64,000 nt of DNA, from assembly GCA_047602425.1 (NCBI GenBank), contig JASGHG010000001.1, positions 4,512,001 through 4,576,000 of the forward strand, in the 5' to 3' direction. Origin of the DNA: Nibricoccus sp. Its GTDB lineage: Bacteria > Verrucomicrobiota > Verrucomicrobiia > Opitutales > Opitutaceae. The number at the start of each line of letters is the position of its first letter. Positions within the stretch are counted from its first letter, which is position 1. Position numbers and translations under genes: made by a program. The notes beneath the pieces were generated by a model that saw only the letters and a program-made list of their open reading frames with translations, was not told the origin of the DNA and did not search any database. Positions 19,869 through 30,431 of the stretch are shown piece by piece.

Positions 19869-20729
19869 ATGTTTCCCACGATCGACACGAAGAGTTCAAT
19901 CGCCGTGGCCGACGCCACTGCGACGGCATTTGCCGGCATGTTTCAGGGTAAAACCCCCAATCTGCTCCCGCGTCTGTTCGCGGATGTCGACGCGATGTTC
20001 GGTGGACGTTATATGGATTACCGGCAAATCGACACGCCGTATCATGACCTCGAGCATACCTTGCAGGTGGTTTGGTGCCTCGCGCAAATGCTCGCAGGTC
20101 GGCACCACGCCGGCATTGAGCCGCGCCTCAACGAACGCCAGTTCGAACTCGCGATCGCCGCCGCCCTGCTGCACGACACCGGCTATCTGAAAATGCGTGC
20201 CGACACCGAGGGCACGGGCGCCAAGTACACGTTCACCCACGTCCTCCGCAGCTGCGCCGTCGCCTCATCTTATCTACCGACCGTCGGTGTCAACCTCGAC
20301 GAACTCGACGGCGTGCTTGGCGCGATCCGTTGCACCAACTCTGGCACGCCCATCCGCCGCCTCCATTTTCGCAATCCCATCGAAGGTCTAGTCGGCTGCG
20401 CGGTCGCCACAGCCGATTACTTGGGACAAATGTCCGTATCGAACTACTTGGAAGAACTTCCGCGTCTGTTCGCCGAGTTTCACGAGTCGGATCAATTCGC
20501 CGCCGTACCCGAAGCGCAACGCCACTTCCGCTCGGTCGAAGAGCTTATTGCAAAAACTCCGCATTTCTGGCGGACGGTTGTGCAACCGAAACTCGATAAC
20601 GACCTTCTCGGCCTTTACCGCTTCCTCGCCACACCTTATCCCGACGGGCCGAACCATTACATGGAGGCCGTCAACCGCAACATCGCACTTGTCTCCGCCG
20701 CTGCCGCCGCTCATACACGCCAGAACTAA
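19869..20729 (+). CDS. HD-domain metal-dependent phosphohydrolase
   Basis: YHDLEHT...LLHDTGY...ADYLGQ. Confidence 0.8.
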   Translation: MFPTIDTKSSIAVADATATAFAGMFQGKTPNLLPRLFADVDAMFGGRYMDYRQIDTPYHDLEHTLQVVWCLAQMLAGRHHAGIEPRLNERQFELAIAAALLHDTGYLKMRADTEGTGAKYTFTHVLRSCAVASSYLPTVGVNLDELDGVLGAIRCTNSGTPIRRLHFRNPIEGLVGCAVATADYLGQMSVSNYLEELPRLFAEFHESDQFAAVPEAQRHFRSVEELIAKTPHFWRTVVQPKLDNDLLGLYRFLATPYPDGPNHYMEAVNRNIALVSAAAAAHTRQN

Positions 20730-20731
20730 AT

Positions 20732-22270
20732 ATGCTGGCGACAATTTTTTCGGCGGGTTTGCAAGGTATCGACGCAGAGCTTGTGCACGTGGAGGTCAAC
20801 TCCGGCGAAACGGGCGAATGGAAACTCGTGCTGGTAGGCCTGCCTGATGCCGCCGTCAAGGAGTCTAACGACCGCGTGATGTCCGCCCTCGGCAACACCG
20901 GCTTCAAAAAGCCTCGCACTCGAACCACCATCAATCTTGCCCCCGGCGACATGCGCAAGGAAGGCCCGATGTACGACCTGCCCATCGCGCTCGGCCTGCT
21001 CACCGCCACCGGTCAGCTCCCTCCCGACGGCATTGACCAATATCTGATCGCTGGCGAACTCGGCCTCTCCGGCGCCACGCGACCGATCCGCGGCGCGCTC
21101 GCTTTGGCGCGCCTCGCAAAATCCCTCGGCAAACGCGGTGTGTTGCTCCCCGTAGCCTCCGCGCCCGAGGCCGCTCTCGTTGAAGGATTGGAAGTCTATG
21201 CCGTGCCCTCGCTCGACCACGCCTTTCGCTTTCTCAAAGGCGAACTCAAGCTCGAACCCACACCCGCTAGGCCACACTCCGCGCCAACCGCGCATAGTGA
21301 GGACGGTTTGGGCGATTTCTCCGAAATCAAAGGCCAGCACGCCCTCCGCCGCGCCGTCGAAGTCGCCGTCGCGGGTAACCACAACCTTCTGATGATCGGG
21401 CCCCCCGGCTCGGGAAAATCCATGGTCGCGAAACGTGTGCCGACCATCATGCCAGCGCCAATTTTGGACGAGTCGCTTGAAATCCTGAGCATCCACTCTG
21501 CCGCCGGCCAGACCCTCAGCGGACCGGCGGTTTTCGGACGTCGTCCCGTGCGCTCGCCGCATCATACTATTTCCGATGTCGGCCTGCTTGGCGGCGGCGC
21601 GATTCCCGGCCCCGGCGAAATCTCGCTCGCGCACAACGGCGTACTTTTCCTCGACGAGTTGCCCGAGTTCAAACGCTCCGCGCTCGAAGTCCTCCGCCAG
21701 CCTTTGGAAGACGGCGTCGTCTCGATCTCGCGTAGCGCCGGCAAAGTGACGCTGCCTTGTTCCTTCATGTTGGTTGCGGCGATGAACCCTTGCCCCTGCG
21801 GCTACCTCGGCGATAAGAAACACGAATGCCGCTGCTCGCCGCCACAAATCCAGCGCTACCGCTCGCGCATCAGCGGCCCGCTGCTCGACCGCATCGACAT
21901 TCACATCGAAGCGCCCGCGCTCTCGATTGCTGAACTGCGCAACGAAAAACACGGCGAAACTTCCGAGACCGTTCGCACACGGGTGCAAGCCGCTCGCAAC
22001 CGCCAGCACGAACGTTTTGCTGGAAGTAAAATCACCTCCAACGCCCGCATGACCCATGCGCAGATCCGCAAACACTGCGCAATCGACAGCACGCTCGGCG
22101 ACCTGCTGCAACACGCGATGGAACAACTTTCGCTTTCGGCCCGGGCCTACGACCGCATTTTGAAAGTCGCCCGCACCATCGCCGATCTGGCCGCCTCCGA
22201 AAAGATCGAATCGAACCACCTGCTAGAAGCCATCCAGTACCGCAGCCTGGATCGGAATGTGTTTTATTGA
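20732..22270 (+). CDS. comM: YifB/ComM Mg-chelatase-like AAA ATPase
   Basis: [60 protein letters not shown]. Confidence 0.92.
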   Translation: MLATIFSAGLQGIDAELVHVEVNSGETGEWKLVLVGLPDAAVKESNDRVMSALGNTGFKKPRTRTTINLAPGDMRKEGPMYDLPIALGLLTATGQLPPDGIDQYLIAGELGLSGATRPIRGALALARLAKSLGKRGVLLPVASAPEAALVEGLEVYAVPSLDHAFRFLKGELKLEPTPARPHSAPTAHSEDGLGDFSEIKGQHALRRAVEVAVAGNHNLLMIGPPGSGKSMVAKRVPTIMPAPILDESLEILSIHSAAGQTLSGPAVFGRRPVRSPHHTISDVGLLGGGAIPGPGEISLAHNGVLFLDELPEFKRSALEVLRQPLEDGVVSISRSAGKVTLPCSFMLVAAMNPCPCGYLGDKKHECRCSPPQIQRYRSRISGPLLDRIDIHIEAPALSIAELRNEKHGETSETVRTRVQAARNRQHERFAGSKITSNARMTHAQIRKHCAIDSTLGDLLQHAMEQLSLSARAYDRILKVARTIADLAASEKIESNHLLEAIQYRSLDRNVFY

Positions 22271-22326
22271 AAACACACGTTTGCGTAATAACCTCAAAAA
22301 ACCTGCCCTCGTTAGATCTCCTCGTT

Positions 22327-23256
22327 ATGAACTATATCGTTGAAGGCTGGGTTGATGCCGAGCGCCATAGCTCCGACATTTCGCAAGAACGTTACGCTGA
22401 AGTAAAAGAGGCTCGTGACCGATGCCTCGTAGCAGTTGAAATCGAGGAGAAATTCCAACTCCTTCTGGAGAACTACAATGAGTTTGAAGTGGATCTCCTT
22501 AGAATTGCCGAAAGGGTTGTGATCTCCAGCCATGAAGGACACGATGTGTCTATGACGCAGCGGTTGTTGCTCGATAGGCGTATTGCTAATCTACTTACAG
22601 CTTGCCGATTGTTTCTCGACCAGACCGCTCATTCCGTATCATCTCAATTTGGAGCGAAGAGTCCTGAATTTCTAAGACTAAAGAGGTTCAAGAATGATTG
22701 TTACGATAAGACGAGCGGGTATCGTATAATGGAGGAACTCAGAAATCACGTACAGCACGCGGGGTTACTTGTGCATATTATCACGTATAGCCATTTCACG
22801 GTGGAATGTGATGGTAACAGATATCCCGTCACCGCAATCATACCGCATTCGAGGACCAGTGATCTTTGTGCTAAGGGAAAGATTAAGGCGAGTGTCCTCA
22901 AAGATCTGAACGCAGAAGGAAATGATGTCGATCTGCGGCAGCCGATTCGAGAATACCTTTCATGCATGGTTCAACTGCATGGTGAGCTTCGGGCCATGTT
23001 TGCAGAACGAATAAAAATAGCGCACGAGACTTTTAGGACGGCAACGAACGAATTCACTAAAATCGACGGGGTTGAAGTGAAGTATCCGAGCTTGGCAACT
23101 GTGGACAGCGGTGGTCGGTTGAGCGAAAGCGTATATCTCGGTAAAGAGATGCTCGTCTACTACGATGAGCTAGTTCGACGAAACAAAGTTGCGGATCAGT
23201 TAGAACGTCGCAGTGCTGCAAACTTATACGTGAGAAAGACGCTACGGGTTGAATAG
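22327..23256 (+). CDS. Hypothetical protein with an RxxxxH (HEPN-like) motif
   Basis: AT-richer ORF, apparently helical, ELRNHVQH at 22741-22758. ORF open from 22267; ATG at 22327. Confidence 0.6.
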   Translation: MNYIVEGWVDAERHSSDISQERYAEVKEARDRCLVAVEIEEKFQLLLENYNEFEVDLLRIAERVVISSHEGHDVSMTQRLLLDRRIANLLTACRLFLDQTAHSVSSQFGAKSPEFLRLKRFKNDCYDKTSGYRIMEELRNHVQHAGLLVHIITYSHFTVECDGNRYPVTAIIPHSRTSDLCAKGKIKASVLKDLNAEGNDVDLRQPIREYLSCMVQLHGELRAMFAERIKIAHETFRTATNEFTKIDGVEVKYPSLATVDSGGRLSESVYLGKEMLVYYDELVRRNKVADQLERRSAANLYVRKTLRVE

Positions 23257-23295
23257 ACGACTGGGCAAAGGGAATTCCTTCAACACGCAGCAGAC

Positions 23296-24639
23296 TCAGG
23301 TGAAATCTTCCACCGGGAGGAGCAGCGAATCGCCTTTGACTGCGGGGAGTTTGGCGATGGCGGTGCGGGCTTTGTCCATTGCGGCGCGGCTGGCTTTGTG
23401 CGTCATCAGGATTAGTGGGACGGCTTCGCCTTCGTGGCCTTCGGGCTGCACGATCGAGGCGATGCTGATGCCGGCGGTGCTGAGAATCGCGGAGATTTTG
23501 GCGATGACGCCTGGTTTGTCCACGACGTTGAGGCGAAGATAAAAGCGCGAAGAAGTTTCGCTGTAGGGGACAACTGTGCCCTGTGCGCACGCAGCAAAGG
23601 CGGGCACGCGGTCGAGGGTGCCATGGGTGATGTCGAGGCCTGCGTCGGCGAGGTCGCTCAGGACGGCGCTGGCGGTCGCATCTTTGCCGGCGCCGCGTCC
23701 ATAGTAGAGCGTATCGCCAATCGGGAAGCCGGAAACGAAGACGGCGTTGAAGACGTCGTTCACGCTGGCGATGACGTGGCTTTGCGGGACGAGGGTCGGG
23801 CTCACGGCCACGCTGATGCGGGCGCCAGAGGATTTGCTTTTCTTAGATTTTGCTTTGGCGGATTTCGACGGTTCGGCTTGGCGGACGGAGCCGAGAAGCT
23901 TGATGGTGTAGCCGAGTTGTTGGGCGAAGCGGATATCGAGTGGCGTAAGCGGCCGAATGCCTTCGACGTGAATGTCGTGGTGATCGACCCAGAAACCGTG
24001 CGCGAGCGAGGCGAGGATGCCGGTTTTGTGCGCGGCGTCGTGGCCGTCGACGTCGAGTGTCGGGTCGGCTTCGGCATAACCGAGGCGTTGTGCGTCGGCG
24101 AGCACGGCGTCGAAGGCGGCGCCTTCGCGGGTCATGCGAGTGAGGATGTAATTGCAGGTGCCGTTGACGATGCCGTAGATGCGCTCGAAGCGGTTGCCGA
24201 CGAGGGCTTCGCGCAGGGTTTTGATGATAGGAATGCCGCCGGCGACGCTGGCTTCGTAATAGAGATTGGTGCCGGCTTTTTTGGCGGCGGCGAAGAGTTC
24301 GGGTCCGTGGGCGGAGAGCAGAGCCTTGTTGGCGGTGACGACGGCTTTGCCCTTTTCGAGGGCGGCGAGGACAATGGTCTTGGCGATGCCGGTGCCGCCG
24401 ACGAGTTCGGTGACGATTTGAATCTCGGGATCCTCGACGACATCTTTCCAGTTGAGCGTCATCAGGGACGGTGTGATCGGGTAGGGGCGAGGCTCGTCGA
24501 AGGCCTTGACCGCGACTCTGCGGATGACGAGGCGAACGCCGGTGCGGGCAGCCATGAGCTCCGCGTTTTGCTGGAGCGCGTTGAATACGCCGCTGCCCAC
24601 GGTGCCGCCGCCGATCATGCCGAGATTGACTTGTTTCAT
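23296..24639 (-). CDS. hom: Homoserine dehydrogenase with C-terminal ACT domain
   Basis: GGGTVGSG, VVTANK, EASVAGGIP, NGTCNYIL, GYAEADPT, GRGAG, ACT DKPGVIA. Confidence 0.95.
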   Translation of the reverse strand: MKQVNLGMIGGGTVGSGVFNALQQNAELMAARTGVRLVIRRVAVKAFDEPRPYPITPSLMTLNWKDVVEDPEIQIVTELVGGTGIAKTIVLAALEKGKAVVTANKALLSAHGPELFAAAKKAGTNLYYEASVAGGIPIIKTLREALVGNRFERIYGIVNGTCNYILTRMTREGAAFDAVLADAQRLGYAEADPTLDVDGHDAAHKTGILASLAHGFWVDHHDIHVEGIRPLTPLDIRFAQQLGYTIKLLGSVRQAEPSKSAKAKSKKSKSSGARISVAVSPTLVPQSHVIASVNDVFNAVFVSGFPIGDTLYYGRGAGKDATASAVLSDLADAGLDITHGTLDRVPAFAACAQGTVVPYSETSSRFYLRLNVVDKPGVIAKISAILSTAGISIASIVQPEGHEGEAVPLILMTHKASRAAMDKARTAIAKLPAVKGDSLLLPVEDFT

Positions 24640-24834
24640 AGAGGTAAAGGCGCGAGCAAAAGCACTTGGCGACGGCGCGACAATGCTTGATTGGGAAAAA
24701 ATTCCGCAACTTGAACACCGCGTTAACGTTTTTGGTCTGCCACCGGCAAGAAAGGCACAGTGGTCGGCAAAAGCTTGCGGCGCAGAAATGCTGGCTTTGC
24801 GTTTGGCGGAACTTTAGCTACGTTCGGCACCTCC

Positions 24835-25266
24835 ATGAGCGATCTCAGCGATCTCTATCAATCGGTCATCCTTGATCACAACAAGCGTCCGCGTAATCGC
24901 GGCAAGCTCCCGACCGCCAACCGCGTGGCCACGGGCGACAATCCGACGTGCGGCGACAACTGCACCGTCCACTTGCGGCTCGAAGGCGACCGAATCGCGG
25001 AAATTTCCTTTGAAGGCTCCGGCTGTGCGATCTCGCAAGCCTCCGCCTCGCTCATGACCACGCAGCTTAAAGGCAAGACGAAAGACGAAGCGGCCGATAC
25101 CTACAAACGTTTCTCGGACATCGTGAAAACCGGTCAGGCTCCGGAAGAGTTCGACGAACTCGCCGCTTTTGCCGGCGTGCATGCGTTTCCCGCGCGCATC
25201 AAATGCGCCACGCTCTCGTGGCACGCTGCGCTTGAAGCCGCCAACCAGCCGGAGGCCAACGTATGA
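24835..25266 (+). CDS. sufU: SUF-system SufU (NifU-like) sulfur transfer protein
   Basis: LYQSVILDHNKRPRN, NPTCGD, GCAISQAS, RIKCATL. Confidence 0.9.
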   Translation: MSDLSDLYQSVILDHNKRPRNRGKLPTANRVATGDNPTCGDNCTVHLRLEGDRIAEISFEGSGCAISQASASLMTTQLKGKTKDEAADTYKRFSDIVKTGQAPEEFDELAAFAGVHAFPARIKCATLSWHAALEAANQPEANV

Positions 25267-26534
25267 GCGCCGCCCTTCCCGTTCTTAAACAGCCGCGCCT
25301 TTCCTCGAAGTTCTGGGACGACGTGCGGGCCGACTTTCCCGTGCTGCATCAGCACGTGGGCAACAAGCCGCTGATCTATCTCGACAACGCCGCCACCACC
25401 CACAAGCCCAGCGCGGTCATCGATGTGCTGGCGCGTTTTTATCAACAGGACAACAGCAACGTCCATCGCGGTCTGCACGCGCTTTCCATGCGCTCGACCG
25501 ATGGCTACGAGGCGGCGCGTGTATGCTCGGCGAAGTTCATCAACGCCGCTGCTCCGGAGGAAATCGTATTTACCCGTGGCACGACGGAATCGATCAATCT
25601 CGTCGCGCAAAGCTGGGGCGCCGCCAATCTGAAAAAAGGCGACGTCGTCCTGATCACCGAGATGGAACATCATTCCAACCTTGTGCCGTGGCAGCTCATC
25701 ACCGAGCGCACCGGTGCAACGCTGCGCTACGTGCCGGTGGTCGGCGAAAATGCCGAGGGAGGACTCGACCTCGAGGCGCTCGACAATCTCCTCACGCCGC
25801 AGGTGAAACTTTTCGCGTTCACACACATCTCGAACACGCTCGGCGTGATCAATCCCGTGGCCGAACTATGTGCCAAGGCTAAAAAAGTCGGTGCGTTGAC
25901 CTTGATCGACGCCGCGCAATCCGTTGGTCACGAGCCCATCGATGTGCAGGCGCTGGGCTGCGATTTTCTCGCGTTTTCCGGACACAAGATGGCTGGCCCG
26001 ACCGGCATTGGCGTGTTGTATGGACGCAAGGCGTTGCTTGATGCGATGCCGCCCTGGCAGGGCGGCGGCGGTATGATTTCGACCGTCGAATATTCCGGCA
26101 GCAAGTGGAAGCCGTCTCCCGAGCGCTTCGAAGCCGGCACGCCCAACGTGGCTGACGCGATCGCGCTGCATGCGGCGATGGATTACCTCGATGCACTGGG
26201 TCGGCCCCGCATTGCCGAGCACGATTACAAACTTGCGGCCAAGGCCTACGCGGCGCTGAGCGAGTTGCCCGGCATCCGAATCCTCGGGCCAAAGGGCGCG
26301 CGCAGCGGATTGGTGAGCTTCGCGCTCAAGGATGCGCACGCGCACGACGTGGTGACGTTTGCCGATCAAGACGGTATCGCCTTGCGCGGCGGTCATCACT
26401 GCAACCAGCCGCTCATGCGCAAACTCGGCCTGCCGAGCACGGTTCGTGCGAGCTTCTACGTTTACAACAACGCCGCCGAGATCGACGCCCTCGTGTCATC
26501 CATGCGGAAGATCGTGAAATTTTTCGCCGGCTGA
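25263..26534 (+). CDS. sufS: SufS-type cysteine desulfurase
   Basis: YLDNAATTHKP, EHHSN, FSGHKM (PLP lysine), RGGHHC. Confidence 0.93.
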   Translation: MSAALPVLKQPRLSSKFWDDVRADFPVLHQHVGNKPLIYLDNAATTHKPSAVIDVLARFYQQDNSNVHRGLHALSMRSTDGYEAARVCSAKFINAAAPEEIVFTRGTTESINLVAQSWGAANLKKGDVVLITEMEHHSNLVPWQLITERTGATLRYVPVVGENAEGGLDLEALDNLLTPQVKLFAFTHISNTLGVINPVAELCAKAKKVGALTLIDAAQSVGHEPIDVQALGCDFLAFSGHKMAGPTGIGVLYGRKALLDAMPPWQGGGGMISTVEYSGSKWKPSPERFEAGTPNVADAIALHAAMDYLDALGRPRIAEHDYKLAAKAYAALSELPGIRILGPKGARSGLVSFALKDAHAHDVVTFADQDGIALRGGHHCNQPLMRKLGLPSTVRASFYVYNNAAEIDALVSSMRKIVKFFAG

Positions 26535-26597
26535 GAAGTTTTCAGGGCAAAGTTTGTCGCTAAACTATTGGTCCAAGCGGCCGATAAAGTTGGTTGT

Positions 26598-27380
26598 ATG
26601 CGATTACCCACTACCTCGCTGGCCGGACGATTTTTTGTTTTCGCAGGGCTCGTTCTGGGGCTCGCGACTATCGCTTCGGGGGCCGAGACGCTGCGATTGC
26701 GGGCCGACATGTGGATGCCATACAACGGCGATCCTGAGTCGAAAACGCCGGGCTACGTCGTCGAATTGGCGAAAGCGATTTTTGAACCGCAAGGCATCAA
26801 GGTGGACTACCAGATGATGCCATGGGCGGAAGCGTTGACGAATGCACGCTCGGGCAAAATCGATGGTGTCATTGGCGCCGGCTCGGCTGAGTTGGAAGGC
26901 TTGATCGCCCCCGACGAGTCAATCGGCGAACCACGTGTCGTGTTGCTCGTGAAAAAGGACAGTCCGTGGAAATTTGAAAACGTCACTTCGCTCAAAGGCG
27001 TGCGCCTCGGAGCGATTGAAGGCTACACTTACTGGGAAGCGCTCGACGCGTACATTAAAGCCGGCAAGGCACCGGCTGTTGTGCAGTTTGGCGGCGAGAC
27101 GCCTTTGGTCGACGGGCTAAACCAGTTAAAAGAGGGAAAAATCGACGTTATGCCCGAGACCATGGCGGTTTTTGTTTGGACGGTCAAAGGCATGGGCCTG
27201 TCGCCGTCGGATTTCCGCATCGCATACACCTGGCAGAATGAACCGATCTACCTGGCTTTCTCGAAGAACGATAAAGGCGCACGCTATGCCAAAATGTTCG
27301 ACGAAGGCATGGGCAAGATGCGCGCCTCGGGCGCGTTGGCAGCTCTGCTTAAACGCTACGGACTGGCCGAGTGGAAATAA
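26598..27380 (+). CDS. Periplasmic substrate-binding protein, family 3
   Basis: Signal peptide, WMPYN, MPWAEAL..ARSGKIDG, GAIEGYTY. Confidence 0.8.
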   Translation: MRLPTTSLAGRFFVFAGLVLGLATIASGAETLRLRADMWMPYNGDPESKTPGYVVELAKAIFEPQGIKVDYQMMPWAEALTNARSGKIDGVIGAGSAELEGLIAPDESIGEPRVVLLVKKDSPWKFENVTSLKGVRLGAIEGYTYWEALDAYIKAGKAPAVVQFGGETPLVDGLNQLKEGKIDVMPETMAVFVWTVKGMGLSPSDFRIAYTWQNEPIYLAFSKNDKGARYAKMFDEGMGKMRASGALAALLKRYGLAEWK

Positions 27381-27411
27381 GTCTGATCGGGATTCGCGTG
27401 ACCGAAACCAT

Positions 27412-28101
27412 TTACCGCACCACAAACTCGCCGACTTTGTCGCGCAAGGCGACGCTCGCGGCGTGGAAGAGCTCCACATCGGGTTGTGTGAAAGGATCGT
27501 TGGTTTTCGAATCGTGTGGCAGCGGCTTGTAGGTCTGCAACGCGTATCGGCGCACCCCATACATGAGCGGAGCGAGTTCATCGATATGTGTGCGTTCGTG
27601 CAGTCCTCCGACCAGCGTGGTGCGAAATTCGTAGGGCAATCCGGACTGTTTAATCAATTCGATGCTGAGCTCGATCGGGCCGGTGTCGACCGGGCAACCC
27701 GTAAAGCGGCCGTACTCGCAAAGTGGGCCTTTGACATCCATGGCGATGTAATCGAGCAGCTTCGCATCGAGCAGCGCGGCGAGGACGTCGGGCTGGCTGC
27801 CGTTGGTGTCGAGTTTGATGAGAAATTCCATCTCGCGCACACGCTGGAGGAAAACATCGAGCCCGGGCTGTATGGTGGGCTCGCCGCCGGTCATGACGAT
27901 GGCGTCGAGTTCGTTGCGATCCGCCCCGAGGTGTTCAATGACTTCTTCAACTGGAATCGCGGGCTGAAAACGCGTGGGGACGGTCAGGGATCGATTGTGG
28001 CAAAAGGGGCAGCGCCAGCAACAGCCTTGGGTCTTGATGACGGCTGCGGTCTTACCCGGATAGTCGATCAGAGAACGTTTTTGGAAGCCGCCGATTCTCA
28101 T
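27412..28101 (-). CDS. Radical SAM, anaerobic ribonucleotide reductase activase-like (NrdG-type)
   Basis: SLIDYPG start, CxxxCxxC (CCWRCPFC), TGGEPT, LDTNGS, AMDVK, YEFRTT. Confidence 0.82.
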   Translation of the reverse strand: MRIGGFQKRSLIDYPGKTAAVIKTQGCCWRCPFCHNRSLTVPTRFQPAIPVEEVIEHLGADRNELDAIVMTGGEPTIQPGLDVFLQRVREMEFLIKLDTNGSQPDVLAALLDAKLLDYIAMDVKGPLCEYGRFTGCPVDTGPIELSIELIKQSGLPYEFRTTLVGGLHERTHIDELAPLMYGVRRYALQTYKPLPHDSKTNDPFTQPDVELFHAASVALRDKVGEFVVR

Positions 28102-28406
28102 AGAAGTATGCTTCGTTGACTAAAAATACCGGAAATTGCGCCGACGTTTTGATTGCTGTGGGGAAGTGGGGCGATGCCTGGGAAATGACACGAGGCACTT
28201 GCCGGGGATGCCCGTTTGGAGAAGTGAGGTAGTTTGGTATTTCCCAACAGGCGACTCAACCCTCCATTCGGCGCCGGGACGCGTAATTAGCCCGGACGAT
28301 TGAGATGATGAAGAGATGGAATGTCACCCGTTGCAGGACAGGCATTAGGAAATGAACACGGCATCGACACGCGGACTGATACCCCTTTAAGGTCTGGTCT
28401 TTAAAC

Positions 28407-28862
28407 ATGTCTTTCCGCATCTGTAAAAGTATCGAAATTGAGAACGGGCACCTGCTGACCAAGCATCCCGATAAATGCCGCTTCCCCCATGGCCACAGTC
28501 GTCGCGTGGACATTGTACTCGCTGCCGATCAGTTGGATGCGAATGACATGGTGTGCGACTTCAAGGCCATTAAAGCCGCCATCGAAACCTTCCTCGATTC
28601 TTGGGACCACGCTTTCTGCCTCAATACCGAGGACCCCCAGTTCGCCGACTTTCAAAAAATCTACGGCGTGCAAGTGATACCGTTCGAAGGGGTCGATCCG
28701 ACCAGCGAAATGATGGCCAAAACCATTTTCGATGTACTAAAGAAACGGCTCAACGACTCCGCTGGCGCCGTCGACGCCCGGTACCGTGTACCGACCGGCG
28801 TGCGTGTCGAACGTGTGCGCGTGACCGAGACTAGCTCCAGCTGGGCGGAATACAGCGAATAA
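28407..28862 (+). CDS. queD: 6-carboxytetrahydropterin synthase (QueD/PTPS family)
   Basis: H...KCRFPHGHS, MVCDF, WDHAF, PTSE, VTET. Confidence 0.85.
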   Translation: MSFRICKSIEIENGHLLTKHPDKCRFPHGHSRRVDIVLAADQLDANDMVCDFKAIKAAIETFLDSWDHAFCLNTEDPQFADFQKIYGVQVIPFEGVDPTSEMMAKTIFDVLKKRLNDSAGAVDARYRVPTGVRVERVRVTETSSSWAEYSE

Positions 28863-28952
28863 TCGCTCTGGTACCCGCCTGCGAGACTGTTCGCAGACCG
28901 CGGCTCCGCCGCCACCTTTTCATATCAAAACAAAGCAAACGCTCCCGATCCA

Positions 28953-28977
28953 ACTTGTCACGTAATACGTGACAAGT
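28953..28977. repeat. Perfect 12-1-12 palindrome between convergent genes
   Basis: ACTTGTCACGTA-A-TACGTGACAAGT. Confidence 0.85.
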
Positions 28978-29004
28978 GATTGGGGACACGCGGATCGGTT
29001 TGAA

Positions 29005-30264
29005 TCATCGCAGCAATAAATATCTGCCGACGCCCAAGGCTGCGCAACCAGCGATTATGACTAATACGCCCACTTTAAACCAATGGAGCGCAATGAAGGC
29101 ACATGTCGCAAGGACAGTCGCGTACCAATCGATCTTGCTGTGATCGGGAAAGAACACGTGGACGCCAAACCAAACGGCCAGGTTCAGTATGACGCCAACC
29201 ACCGCTGCCGTCACGGCCGATAGCGCGTGGTTGAGCCACGTGACGTGACGCAAGCGCTCGAGATAAGGCGCACCGGCGAAGATAAACATGAAGCTTGGGA
29301 CAAAAGTTGTCCACGTCGTCATTGCCGCGCCCAACGTGGCGGCGGTGAGGGGAGTTAACCCGCCGGGCTGGTTCCAGCCACCGAGGAAACCTACAAATTG
29401 CAGCACCATGATAAGTGGGCCGGGTGTGGTTTCGGCCAGGCCGAGACCGTCGAGCATTTGAGCAGTCGAAAGCCAATGATAGTTTTCCACCGCCTGTTGT
29501 CCAACGTAAGGCAGCACGGCGTAGGCGCCGCCGAAGGTCACGAGCGCGGCACGGCTGAAAAAAAGGCCCAACTGCGCGAGCGTCCCCGACCAGCCTTGAT
29601 AGAACCCGGCGACGAGGACGGGCGTCCACCAAAGCGCGAGCGATATGGCGATAACTTTGATCGTTTGGCGGAGCGACGGGTGCGATTCCGTCAGGCCGGT
29701 GTTGGAGATTATGGGTGGTTTAGCTTGTTTGTTTTTGAAGAAAAGTCCGAGCAACGCGGCCGCGCCGATGACAGCGGGGAAGGGGAGGCGAAAAAAGTAC
29801 AAAGAAACGAACGCCGCGCCGGCGATGCCCCAGTGAAAGCCATTTTTCAACGTCCGCTGACCAATCCGCCAGACGGCGGCGAATACGATGGCGGTGACGG
29901 CTGGTTTGAGGCCGTGAAAGGCGGCGCCGAGCCAGGCGACCTGGCCATAGCTCACGTAGACGAAACTGAGCAGCCAGAGAAACAGCACCGAGGGAAGTAC
30001 GAACAACACGCCAGCGACAATTCCGCCCCATGTGCGATGAAGCAGCCAGCCGCAATAGGTCGCGAGCTGAGTGGCTTCCGGACCCGGAAGCAGCATGCAG
30101 AAATTGAGCGCGTGGAGGAACCGTTCTTCGGAAACCCATTTTTTCTTTTCAACCAACTCGGTGTGCATGATCGCGATCTGCCCGCTCGGCCCGCCGAAGC
30201 TGATCAGCCCCAGTTTCAGCCAAAAGCGCAGTGCTTCGCGAAAGGAAGGAGCCGTGGAGGTCAT
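29005..30264 (-). CDS. chrA: Chromate efflux transporter (CHR family)
   Basis: SFGGPSGQIA, LPGPEATQL, FGGAYAV, ETTPGP. Start at ATG 30264. Confidence 0.9.
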   Translation of the reverse strand: MTSTAPSFREALRFWLKLGLISFGGPSGQIAIMHTELVEKKKWVSEERFLHALNFCMLLPGPEATQLATYCGWLLHRTWGGIVAGVLFVLPSVLFLWLLSFVYVSYGQVAWLGAAFHGLKPAVTAIVFAAVWRIGQRTLKNGFHWGIAGAAFVSLYFFRLPFPAVIGAAALLGLFFKNKQAKPPIISNTGLTESHPSLRQTIKVIAISLALWWTPVLVAGFYQGWSGTLAQLGLFFSRAALVTFGGAYAVLPYVGQQAVENYHWLSTAQMLDGLGLAETTPGPLIMVLQFVGFLGGWNQPGGLTPLTAATLGAAMTTWTTFVPSFMFIFAGAPYLERLRHVTWLNHALSAVTAAVVGVILNLAVWFGVHVFFPDHSKIDWYATVLATCAFIALHWFKVGVLVIIAGCAALGVGRYLLLR

Positions 30265-30431
30265 CGGCGCTAACCGTACGCGAAGCTGCAAAGACGCAAA
30301 GCGTAATTTCGGTTTCTGAACGTCGATAAGGTAACGATGTTCAGCGGAGGTGCGTGCGGCTGGTCCGAGAGACAAAGCCGGACGTCAGTTGATTTAAGCG
30401 CGATTTTGGAAACATTGCCGACTTTTCGCCG

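Noticed and set aside
20726..22219. 497-aa antisense ORF opposite comM (similar shadows at 23434-24690, 52544-54514, 11078-12037, 17163-18197)
   Set aside because: Antisense shadows of well-conserved genes in GC-rich DNA, with no recognisable motifs.
28102..28406. preQ1 or other riboswitch upstream of queD
   Set aside because: No recognisable preQ1 stem with A-rich tail, or other consensus, by eye. An Infernal scan would be needed.
27412..28862. Radical SAM plus QueD as a 7-deazaguanine DNA-modification (dpd) or queuosine cluster
   Set aside because: The radical SAM looks NrdG-like rather than QueE-like, the genes are divergent, and no queC, folE or dpdA/tgt is present.
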